DNA of 64,000 nt from Minutocellus sp. GHC0000111 (lineage: Eukaryota): NCBI GenBank assembly GCA_977018835.1, contig OZ361260.1, positions 2,356,001-2,420,000 of the forward strand, written 5' to 3'. The notes beneath the pieces were generated by a model. It was not told the DNA's origin. It searched no databases and was given only the letters and a program-made list of their open reading frames with translations. Shown here one piece after another: positions 10,175 through 20,434 of the stretch. A program made the translations under genes and the position numbers. The first letter of the stretch is position 1. Each line of letters starts with the position of its first letter.

Positions 10175-13100
10175 CTAGTGATTAGAGTTCGATCCCCTTC
10201 GTACAACTCTTCCGTCTGCAATACTCAACAAGTCGTAGCCTGCCTTTGCCAGCTTCCGAATGGCGAGGCTTTCTATGCTGCGGCTGTCAGACTTGCCTTC
10301 GGGGACAGGAACTGCTGCAGCAATTAGTTGAGCCCACTCAGGGCCTTTTCGTCGATGCTGTGAAAGCCTCCTGCTCATGGAGTCGGTTTCGCCGACGTAG
10401 TACTGCGGTGGGTTAGTACCAACCTCGAGAATATAAACACAACATGTGCCTTCCAGTGAAGGCGGGGGCATCCATCGAGGGGGGATGATTGCCGCCTTTG
10501 CGCAAGCGACATCTTCGACGGTTTTGACGACGTCATCAAATGAAGACGATGGTTGGTGCGATGTAGCAACGGCGCCGGAGCTCCCCACTCTTGCTTCAGA
10601 GGCATTGCGTCGGTTGCCCGTACTCGGTGCAACTGCATCGCCGTTTGCGCCGTCGGCGTCGAGGCAGAGCGACAGCGCCTCCGCTCGGCTCAATATTTCA
10701 GCAGGCAGGCCAAATCGAGCGGCCGTGACCAAAGCATGGCTCTGTGTGCAGGTTCCATCTTCCATCTTGTACGTCCATTCAAGGCCAGAATACGCATCGG
10801 CGGCATCAGGGTCCTCAGTGAAGACCATTCGCTTGGTCTTGATTCGATCGGATGCTGAAGGCACAAGGGGGAGCTTGAAAATACCATGGAGATGAGTTGC
10901 GAAGAAACCGGTCATACCTGCTGAAGCCATGGCCTCTAACACAGCACCAGCTAGGGAGGTTCCATCCTTTGGCGAAGTACCTCGGCCGAGCTCATCGACA
11001 AACACCAGCGAGTCCTTTCCACAAGCGCGCATAAGCGCCGCTACATCACCCATTTCAGCGCCAAACGCGGATTTAGATTCGGTGGGCACATCGGCCGAGG
11101 CTCCTCTGACAAAAATGTTATCAAACCTCTGAACATAGGACCCAGCTTTTAGGGGAGCACACAAACCGGACGCTGTTAACAAAGAGGCAGCTGCCGTCGA
11201 ACGCATTAGGGTGGATTTTCCACTCATGTTGGGGGCTGTCAATAAGAAGAGACCGTCTAATGTGAAAGTGTTGGGCACTGATTCGGAGAAGTCCATCCAG
11301 TAAGGAAACAAGCCATCGAAGTGAGCCCGTTGATCATCATCACATGAGTCCACAATCGCTGCTTGATCCCAACCAAGTGCATTGGCGTTAGCAGAGTGAT
11401 GAGCCGCTGTGGAAAGAACTAGATTTGTATGTGAGGCCTGTACCACAGCAGGAAGATGGCCATTGTCACACAAGCGTTCAGCAAGCTTGGCAAGAACAGC
11501 TGTTACGGCAGCGCTGCCCCCCTCGCAGGCAGCAACGTACTCGTGCAGTGCTTTGTCGACTCGCTCAGTTGTGTATCTGCTCCGAAGAAGCTTTTCGTTT
11601 CGATCGCGTGGGTGGTAGTACGCAGCAGGATCCTCCGTCCACGATGGAATATTCTTAATGGCAAAGATATTATTGAAAATATCCTGTAGAATTGGACTTT
11701 TGCTTTCTTGTGATGCGGAGATGTCGGTATCCTTCCCGTCGTAGTGGTCAAGGCCCCAAAAATCACTAGCAACGGCCTCTGCGAGCGCATTCACCGCAAC
11801 TCTCACCCTTCGATACGCTTGCTCGGCGGCGGCAACCTTTATTCGCCCCCTCCATGTTGCCTCGTTTCGCTCTAGGAATCCACCTGGGATGAGTTCACCA
11901 TAATCGCTGACGGGATCAGATGCAAAGTCATTGCTCTGGTGATAGCGGCTATGCTGAGGGGTGGCCACGACCTCATCAATGGCTTGCATTGATTGAAGAC
12001 AGCGGTCTCTCACTGCAATTGTGCAGAAAAATTAAAAATACAAGTTCGTACAGTTGGTGAGAAGCAGCCGATGGGTGCAAGCAATAATGGAAAGTCGCCC
12101 AATGAAAAGTATAACACCTACCTGACGCGGGATCGGCGGCAATTCCGCTTTCATGTTGAACTAGAACACTCAGTGCAGAAATTTGATCACTATGTTTGGG
12201 ATCGCTCCCATATGTATCGAGTACAGCCACAGTAGCATCCATCGCGGAGAGAATCTCACGGTATACTTGGGCACTTGCCTGGCCTGCTCGTATCAGGGAC
12301 AACACTTTCCCAAGAGGTGGAACAGCAAGAGGTGGGAGAGCCATACCATCCTCCTTCAATGCTTTGACAAGAATAGCCATTGCATCGGCGACACTCGGCG
12401 GTGGTGGTGTCAAGAGCCATCGACGTAGAAACCGGCGGGTTGGTGCTGGAGCGGAGTCGGGTAATAGGTAGGAAATAAGGTTTGGAATGGTTGGGTCAGA
12501 CATGAGTCCAAGCTGAGTTGCAGTCTCGGCATAGAGCGGGGCAAGGGCACAGCGTGCATTTTCACTTTGTGACGCCGCCTCTAACGACTCTACAAGGACA
12601 AAATCTTCGTGCGTTACACGCTTTTCGTCTAGTCCGGCCGCGCTGCTGCTTCCATGCATGTTATTGAACTCCGAAATTTGTAGAAGCGCTGAAACTATGC
12701 ACGTTTTAGCTCGATCAACATCCGAGAGGCGCAAAGATGGATCCTCGAGTAAGGCCGAGGGAAGGATCTTGACGCGGTACTTTGAGCCGGGTCCCATATT
12801 GGACGGGTCCGAGCGAGAAGGCAAGAACGGCAACCGGTCGAGGCTAGATGATATAGGTCCGGATATTGTCGTCTCTTCGGCTGGCGATGGAACATAAAAC
12901 AGCGGATCGGCAGGAGGATAAGCAGCCAGGGCACAGGACACTGCTTCTGCTGTACGTCGTTCCGATACACGAACTGTGCGCTCTTCACTTGATACCTCAA
13001 CAATGGTGTAGCCGGAAGACTCCGATATGATTCCCACATGAGGCCTAGCAGCTGGAGAGGTAACCAGTGTATCACCATTACCAAGAATGAGATCGTAAAG

Positions 13101-14336
13101 GTAGGTGGGTGAGGCTGAACTTACGATCTGGGCGAGCATTCTCTGCTTGAGCCGACTCTTCGATCCGGCCGATGCACCACCACCAGCCGATGCATCTGTG
13201 TCGGCCGCTTCTTCATAAACGGCGACCAGAAAACCTGATGTAGTCAGGCAGTCCAACGTAGCCTGGATGTTCTTGATGGGACATCCTGCTCTCGCCTTCC
13301 CGGCCATTGCATTCAGTCCACAATACTCAATAAGTAGAATTGCATCGATACCAAAGCATTCATAAAAGTCCCCTACTCGCGTGATGACGACACAGTCACT
13401 GAACTTTTCCTTTTGCTCTCTCACAAACGCTAACAGTGATCCCTTTTTGCCCTGGGTCGTCTTGGCCGTCGTCTTTGGTACTATCTTGGCAGCACCAGCA
13501 GCCTGGGAGGCGCCATCGTTGGCACCGGGAGGCTGAGCCACAACATCGAACGGACTCGCTGCAGGATCATATCCCATCGGACACTGGCACGGGTCGAGCT
13601 GTGATACCAAGGCTCGGGCCGATGGTTTGGTAATTCTATCAAGAGCCTCGTGCCAGTATGGGTCCAGTTGAGATTGCTCTGACGTGAATAGAGAATCGAC
13701 CAGTTGGCCGTAGGGAGACCTACCAGAAGAAGGAGGCTGCCGAAATGACAAGGTTGCTGATATATCATCGGTTGCTGGCATCTCATCGCTTTCGTTAGCT
13801 TTTGTGGCATCACTTCCCGCATCTTGTCCCGCCGATGTTGAAAATGCAGCCGCCAATGATGGTTGCTTCGGCAAGGGCCTCCCATTGTCACGTGCATTCA
13901 CCATTTCCTTCCTTCGCAGCCGCGATTGAATGTCACGATATTTCAGCACCAAATCAGCCAATGTTCTTTGTCGTTCGGTAGACTCTACGTCTCGCATAAC
14001 ATCCAACAAGACCTCTCTGGGCACCGGCCGAGCGCCGCCAAAGATGGCCGTCGCAACCTGCGTCGGTGAATTGACATTTATCGGCTTGCCCTCATTGAGT
14101 GCCGCCAAATTGTTGGCTATTTGATCTAGCTCGTCTCGACCATCGTCTTGGCGAGCACCAAGACATGTCGAGCTCAATGACCTCCTTCCAATCAAAGCGT
14201 GAGTGCGTCGGACGGCACAATTGGACGACGATAGTGCGACGGCACCAAAGGCGGCAGCTCGGTGCATGAGGGCAAGGAGCGCGGCGGAATGAATGACAGC
14301 TAAAAGTAGAGATACGCTGGCCGGCACCCTTCTCAT
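10175..14336 (-). CDS. MSH1: Organellar MutS homolog 1 (plant-type MSH1) with C-terminal GIY-YIG nuclease, 2 exons, plastid-type presequence
   Basis: Mismatch-binding RVGDFYE, Walker A APNMSGKST, SAFGAEM, Walker B FVDELGRGT, FATHLH. GIY-YIG CVYIL..YYVGETD..RL..HR. Intron 12013-12121 joins the two ORFs in frame. N-terminus is a signal peptide ending AAA-F. Confidence 0.92.
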
Positions 14337-15353
14337 CGCGTTGGGCTGATCAGCTACGCAGATAGGCTTATATGATGCCAACAAGCAGCAGCGTCGTTCT
14401 CCTTTACCAAGCGGGATTTGTTGTGGCGGTGGTCGGTAGCGGTGGCCGGTTGTTCGAGTTGTGGCATCGGCGGGCGCGCGGTGCGGCCGGTGTCGGCAGG
14501 CGGGCTCGCAGGCTCACGGCAGGCGAGCGACGGCGTGTACCTAGGTAGGCCTACGTGCTGTGTTTTACGTACGTCCTTCAAATCTGCGTCATTATGAGCG
14601 AAAATCGAACCCAGTAACAAAAGCAAAGAAACCTGCTGAAGCAAAAAGTCATGTCAAAAGCACGATTCATTCGCTCAGATTTGCTTGTCGACGTGGACTG
14701 GCGTGTTACTCGTCGTACTGTACATTCCTCCAGCATCAAACATAAAAAATCCAATCCATCCATCCATCCATCCATTGCAAACATTCGCCTCATTCGCTTT
14801 GATAACAATTCCAGTGATCGGCAAAAGGTAAGTCAAGTCGATCGGATATCGGATTTGAATTCGACCGCGAAGAAGCCGACTGGTTGGGTTTGATTTTTTG
14901 ATGAGGAGGTGTCGAAATGCAGAATGCCGATACATGCTGTTGTGTGTTGTGTTCCGGAACTTTCACAGATGCCTGTCCCAACAGCGTGTTTGATCTGCTC
15001 CATTCAATTGATGATGATTGATTGTTGGTGCGAATAGCATGGCATGGATTAAATGAATTTCTGTGCGATTTCGCGTTGTTTGGTACATTTCATCAATTAA
15101 TGTAGCGTACATGTAGCCTGCAGCAATCGCCATTACATTTCAAACCTAACCTGATAAATCATATCATCCACCTCCCAGCACGTACCCTCATCTTCCAAAA
15201 ACAACGATCCGAATCTTCATTCTCACCCTTACACGACGCATCTGTCCTAACGAGCGACTTTATAAATCTCTTAGCAGCTGCTCTTCAGACATACCGCCTA
15301 CTAATGGCATTCTTTGCTGATTTGTAATATATACCGTCAAATATCCAATCAAC

Positions 15354-15869
15354 ATGTCAAGTGTCCCCGGCAAAGCCGGTCCAGCCGATAATGACATCGT
15401 CCTCACTACGAATAGATTCAAGAGGGGCACGGCAGGGACAAAAAGATTTCTTCTCCTTGTTAAAGAGCACGTCGAGGAATACGTTTGCATCGATAAAATA
15501 ATTTCTCCCAAAAAGAGAAAGATTGCTGAAGATATTGTTGATGCCCTCCGTCCAGGTAGATTCATGAAGGAGGAAAATGGACAGTGGAAAGTCCTCAGCA
15601 CGGAAGATGCTGTGAACAGGATCATACAGAGATTCTGCGACGAAAAACGGGCGGCTGCTAGGTCAGGAAGGCCAACGCCAGGAAGGCCAAGGCTGGCAGC
15701 TGGCAGTGACTCTGATAAATCAACTGAAATTCCGGCCGTTGCCAATCCTGGTAACTATCCCGCCGGGTCTGGCCATAGCGAGGACATCGAGGAAAACAAT
15801 GTCACTGCCGTCGATGAGGCGGTCGCTCGTAGCCGCAAGAGGCAAAGAATGGTGCCTTCGAAATACTAG
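15354..15869 (+). CDS. Small DUF6824-like domain protein
   Basis: Pattern NDIVL..GT..F..LV....Y......K..I...IV..L..GRF....G.W....DA, resembling the diatom-expanded DUF6824 family, followed by a disordered basic tail. Confidence 0.65.
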   Translation: MSSVPGKAGPADNDIVLTTNRFKRGTAGTKRFLLLVKEHVEEYVCIDKIISPKKRKIAEDIVDALRPGRFMKEENGQWKVLSTEDAVNRIIQRFCDEKRAAARSGRPTPGRPRLAAGSDSDKSTEIPAVANPGNYPAGSGHSEDIEENNVTAVDEAVARSRKRQRMVPSKY

Positions 15870-15938
15870 ATTGTTTAGAGTCAGAGCAGAATGAATGTAG
15901 GTTTATTAGTAATAGGAGGGTATCGCATAAGAGTGTGC

Positions 15939-17954
15939 CTACTTATTGTCTGCTAGACCAAAGATCTTCTGTAACTCATCATATGTCAGGTCTTTCCGCT
16001 TTCCCTTCTTGAAGGCTGCAAACTCTTTGTGAGCTTTCGCCAGTGCATTGGCCAACTGCCAGGCCGATGGACGTTTTGCAGGATCGAATGCGTAGCACAT
16101 CATGGTTGCTATGTAGAGAGCCTGTTCCGCCATGTTCTCACTCTCGGTATACTTTTCGGGTATGCGAGGCAGCTCTCCTCTCATCTTCTTCTTGGCGATC
16201 TCCTCAATGCTTGGCTTTTCCAGCTCTAACCAGGTCCATGGCTGATGTTTGGTCAGGATCTGAAATAGAATATTACCAAAACTATAGATATCAATCTTTT
16301 CATTGACGTATGTGCCATCATCACGTATTTCTTCTGGAGATCTCCACAACGGACTCTCAAAGAGAACAGGATGGCCACATGGCTTCTCTGTATCTTTGTG
16401 CTGCCTGTTCATCACCGCAATGTTAAAATCATTGAACTTGATCGTCGACGTCTTGACAAGCACAAGATTTTCAAGATTCAGATCATTGTGAACGAGGCTG
16501 GCAGCACGTCCCTCTCTGTCCCCGTGTATTTGACTCAGCCCCATTGCCAAGTTGCGTGCTATGCGAAGTCTCTTCTTGGGTTCGAGGTCCGTTCGTTTGA
16601 CGAGATCACGGCCGCTCCCGCCTGCCACCTCGGTCATGACACTCATACCACAGTATGCGTACGCATCGATGACAAACGGAGAAGCCGTGAAGCGATCCAT
16701 GGCCATGACATCAACCTGATTGTTGTAGAATGCCTCCTTGTTATATGGCCGATCAATTCGTAGCATTTTCAGCACCATGGAATGGCCATAGTCGGTGTCA
16801 TCGATTCCATCCGATTCTTGTTCTTCTTCCTGATCGCTCCCCGTACAGTTGACAGTCTGTCCATAAATATTGAACCTTGTTCCGGCAGAAGTGCAATTCT
16901 TCTTCTCCTTTGGGGGCAGCAACTCAGGTATGGAATTGAACTTTTCCACAAGGTAGGCCCTCCGACTTTCACCGGCCTCTTCAATGTCCAAATAATCTGC
17001 CTTGGGTCGGATTTTCCAAGCCATTCGCCACGACCCTCCAGCCGATAGGAGTGTCGTATCGGTCTCCTTGGATGCTGTCGACGATACATCACGGACATCC
17101 AAATCGACCTCGTGCACAACATTGCAAATGGGTCGGAACGTTCTCTGCCACACTGGGAGGGGTTCGCATTGGTCCTCCCACGCCGTCCGTCGTTGCAGGA
17201 CGTCAATCTTGCCATCGGATAATTTGGCATGCGGATCAGGTTCGATGGTGGTCCATGAGTGAGTAGTATCACCACCAGTATCAGCTTGGCTCTCCCCATT
17301 GTGTTCTGGTTCGTCGTTTTCCATCATTGCAGATCCAAATGACGCAGCTGGTGCTTCTGATTGTTCCAACCCATATCCCGAACATACACTTAGACTTGCA
17401 GCATCGACGCTAATGGCAATGGGAAAATGAAACGAATCCATTTGCGCCGGTAAATCTTGTTGCTGTTCCTGCTGATTTTGCTGGATTTGAGTTCTTCGCT
17501 TCCGCTTATTCGCATCCTCGTATTTCGCCGACGAGTGGAACTGATGCATTTGGTGCTTGGCATTGGTTCCAGTGCGACCACCTCTTCCCAATATCGATGG
17601 GGTCGCATCTCGGTCTCGATGTCTCCTATTGTCATTGCTACTATTGCTGTTCCATTGAGCACGCACGGCGATAAAGCCGAGGAAGGCCACCACGAACGAC
17701 ACCATCAGCATAAGAACAACGAACAATGCCGTCGACGACGATCTCCTTTGTTGCGAAGAGTTGCCATTATTCTTGGGCCGATGATGAGCGTATCTTGGAC
17801 TTCTCGCCACAGTAGCGGCTCCGGGCTGCCTTTTGTGCATTCGACCACTTTCGGCGACATCCGGTGAGCAGGAGGTGACTCCCCTGGCGTTGTGCCTTCG
17901 CCGGGGCGAACCATCCCCGCCGGTGCCGCTGCCGGCGTCATTGGAGGAGTTCAT
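15939..17954 (-). CDS. Type II membrane protein kinase (PKDCC/VLK-like, lumenal kinase domain)
   Basis: Single N-terminal TM helix. Kinase motifs AGGSWRMAW, VLKML, VHNDLNLEN, DFN, WRSPEE, EKIDIYSFG, KRPSA. Confidence 0.85.
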   Translation of the reverse strand: MNSSNDAGSGTGGDGSPRRRHNARGVTSCSPDVAESGRMHKRQPGAATVARSPRYAHHRPKNNGNSSQQRRSSSTALFVVLMLMVSFVVAFLGFIAVRAQWNSNSSNDNRRHRDRDATPSILGRGGRTGTNAKHQMHQFHSSAKYEDANKRKRRTQIQQNQQEQQQDLPAQMDSFHFPIAISVDAASLSVCSGYGLEQSEAPAASFGSAMMENDEPEHNGESQADTGGDTTHSWTTIEPDPHAKLSDGKIDVLQRRTAWEDQCEPLPVWQRTFRPICNVVHEVDLDVRDVSSTASKETDTTLLSAGGSWRMAWKIRPKADYLDIEEAGESRRAYLVEKFNSIPELLPPKEKKNCTSAGTRFNIYGQTVNCTGSDQEEEQESDGIDDTDYGHSMVLKMLRIDRPYNKEAFYNNQVDVMAMDRFTASPFVIDAYAYCGMSVMTEVAGGSGRDLVKRTDLEPKKRLRIARNLAMGLSQIHGDREGRAASLVHNDLNLENLVLVKTSTIKFNDFNIAVMNRQHKDTEKPCGHPVLFESPLWRSPEEIRDDGTYVNEKIDIYSFGNILFQILTKHQPWTWLELEKPSIEEIAKKKMRGELPRIPEKYTESENMAEQALYIATMMCYAFDPAKRPSAWQLANALAKAHKEFAAFKKGKRKDLTYDELQKIFGLADNK

Positions 17955-18473
17955 TGATCTCAGGTAATGTCCTAGCTAGGCGGTCACTAGCTAGTCACGC
18001 AGCCGCTCTTAGCTATCGCAAACGGCAACGTTCGTACAGTATCACCATCGTCGAGATGTGCCGTTTTTATCGCAATCCGAGACGGAAGACGGACAGATTC
18101 CTAATATTTTTTACCTACGTATGTCGTACGTACGTAGGCAGAGCGATGACCCTACGAACTCGTATGCCGATCAATATGGCCCCGACAAGTGAAACAATAA
18201 TAATTTTTGTCAAGACAGTCACCATCATCAACAGTGATCAATCATCAACAGTGAACATCATCAACAGTGACAATCATCATGGCCAGGAATCAGGCCACGC
18301 AAGTTGAAGAACATGCTGGTTGAAGAGCATCAGCTTGCAGGGTCTGCGTCGCGTCAGCAATGCAGCAGCGAATGGAATAATAAATGACGAACATCGCTCA
18401 TTCTTTATACTACGCAGAGAGGTAGTGATCTCTACACAAAAGAGAACAACGCAACGAAGTGCCTGCAGCATGT

Positions 18474-20226
18474 ATGTGCAAACCAAATCGCAGCCCCGAA
18501 AGCATCCTCATAGGCGATGTGCCCCCCGCCACCAGCGCCGGCGATCCTCTGGTCACTCCCATGCCTTCCAAGATCTGCATCATTGGCGGAGGAGTTGCGG
18601 GCCTTACTGCCGCGCGCGTTCTCAAATCTCGCAACTTTGTGGACATCACTCTGTACGAGGCTGCCGACACTCTGGGTGGCGTATGGGCGACGGGATATCC
18701 CAAGTTCGCCATCCAAACTCCCGGCGATTTGTACGAATTTCCCGACAAGGCTCTGTCGTATCCCAAGGACTTCAAGGACGGCCTCGCCATCAAGAGCTAT
18801 TCCGAGGAATATGCCAAGGAACATGGTCTTATGAAGCACGTTCGGCTTGGCACCAAGGTCGTGTCCATCGAGTCGACTGGTGCTGAGGGCAACAAGTGGG
18901 CCGTTACTACTACCAGCAGCGGTAGCTCTACCTCGCGTTCGGAAAATACAACGGTGGTGTATGACTTCGTAGTACTGGCTACCGGAGTTTACTCCCCCGT
19001 GCATAAGCATATTCCGGCATTCCTGGAATGGAGCACTTCAAAGGCAAGGTGTACCATTCCGAGGAGACGGCCGGCATTGTCGACCGCCAAGGAAAGAAGA
19101 GAGTCGTGGTGGGATTTGGAAAGTCGGCGCAGGATTGCGCCATGAACGCCCTAGCCGAGACTGGTGTCGAACCCACCCTCCTTTTCCGAACTGGTCACTG
19201 GTGAGTGGCTTGCGCGATGCTAATACCTACGTAGAGGCGCAAGCCTTCCATATTATTGACGCTAATTATCGAGCTCACTTCGCTTGCTTCTCTCCTTGTC
19301 TCATCTCGTTTTGAACATTTACATACATCAGGTGCGTTCCTCGCAAGATTCTTGGGCTGATTCCCATGGAATGGCTGCTGTATTCACGATTTGGACAGGG
19401 CACCCTTCCCCGCTGGCAGCAGTGTGGCCACGTCGAACTGCTCGTCCACACGGCGATGAAGCCCCTCATCTGGCTGTACTGGCGTATTGTTCAGGGCATC
19501 CTCATCGGCCAGCTAGGACGTTGGGGGCGTTCGGCCCATCTCCGTCCTAATCTCCGAATCGAGGACGACATGTACTGTGGTCACGGAGTGATCTGTCATC
19601 CCGAAATGTTCCCTCTTATGCACAGAGGCAAAATTCAAGCTGTCAAGGGACAAATCGAACGAATCCGACCCTCAGGAGAGATCCAGCTCGCCGATGGAAC
19701 ATGCATGGCAGCCGACGAAATTGTCTTTGCTACTGGCTTCAAGCGCGTGCATGACTTTCTTCCCCAGGAACTGCTGGACAAAAAGGAAGAGGATGGTTTC
19801 TACTGCTACCGCCAGATGCTGCTCCCTGGTTGTCGCAACATCGCCTTCCTGAACTCCAACGTTACAACCTTCAGCAACATCACTACCGCTGGAATTCAGA
19901 GTGCATGGCTCGGCGAGCTTCTCAAGGGCAACATTCGTGTTCCCGATGATGTCGAGGATATTGTCAACAAGGAGAAAGAATGGCGCCGTAACAAGCTCAA
20001 GCATGCAGGTAGCGCCCGTGCCTATCTCGTTCAGCTCCACCAGCTTCGCTACTTCGATCAACTCCTGTGCGACATGGGTGTGTCCGTGAAGCGCAAATCC
20101 TCTGTGCTTCTCGGTCCCATCGGTGCATCGCTCAAGAACTTTTTCGCCCCGATGTACTCTAGTGATTACGAGAGCGTTGTCACTGGCGAGTGGCGGTCTG
20201 ATCCATCTCAAGCAAAGGCGGTTTGA
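18474..20226 (+). CDS. Flavin-containing monooxygenase (FMO-like); one intron and an apparent 1-nt deletion
   Basis: GGGVAG FAD motif, GGVW, ATG, FKGKVYHS fingerprint, second Rossmann VVGFGKSA, FATGF. Frame breaks at 19022-19023 (one C short). Intron 19201-19331. Start could also be 18561. Confidence 0.85.
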
Positions 20227-20434
20227 TACAAGCCTTCATTCTTGCGAGAGTGGGCGTTCCTTGGTGCCGTCGTTGCTGGTATTGTCGCCGCGAAGAAGAT
20301 GTAGGAATCGTGGTTTGGCAATACATGTGTCACAAAATTATTATCGATCTATGTTAAAAAAAGAGCAAATCACTATCGATTGGGCCCCCGGTTCCCGGTA
20401 GTGATTCATTGATCCTCCTATGTATGGTCCACAT

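Noticed and set aside
14748..14775. (CATC)n microsatellite
   Set aside because: Ordinary short simple repeat.
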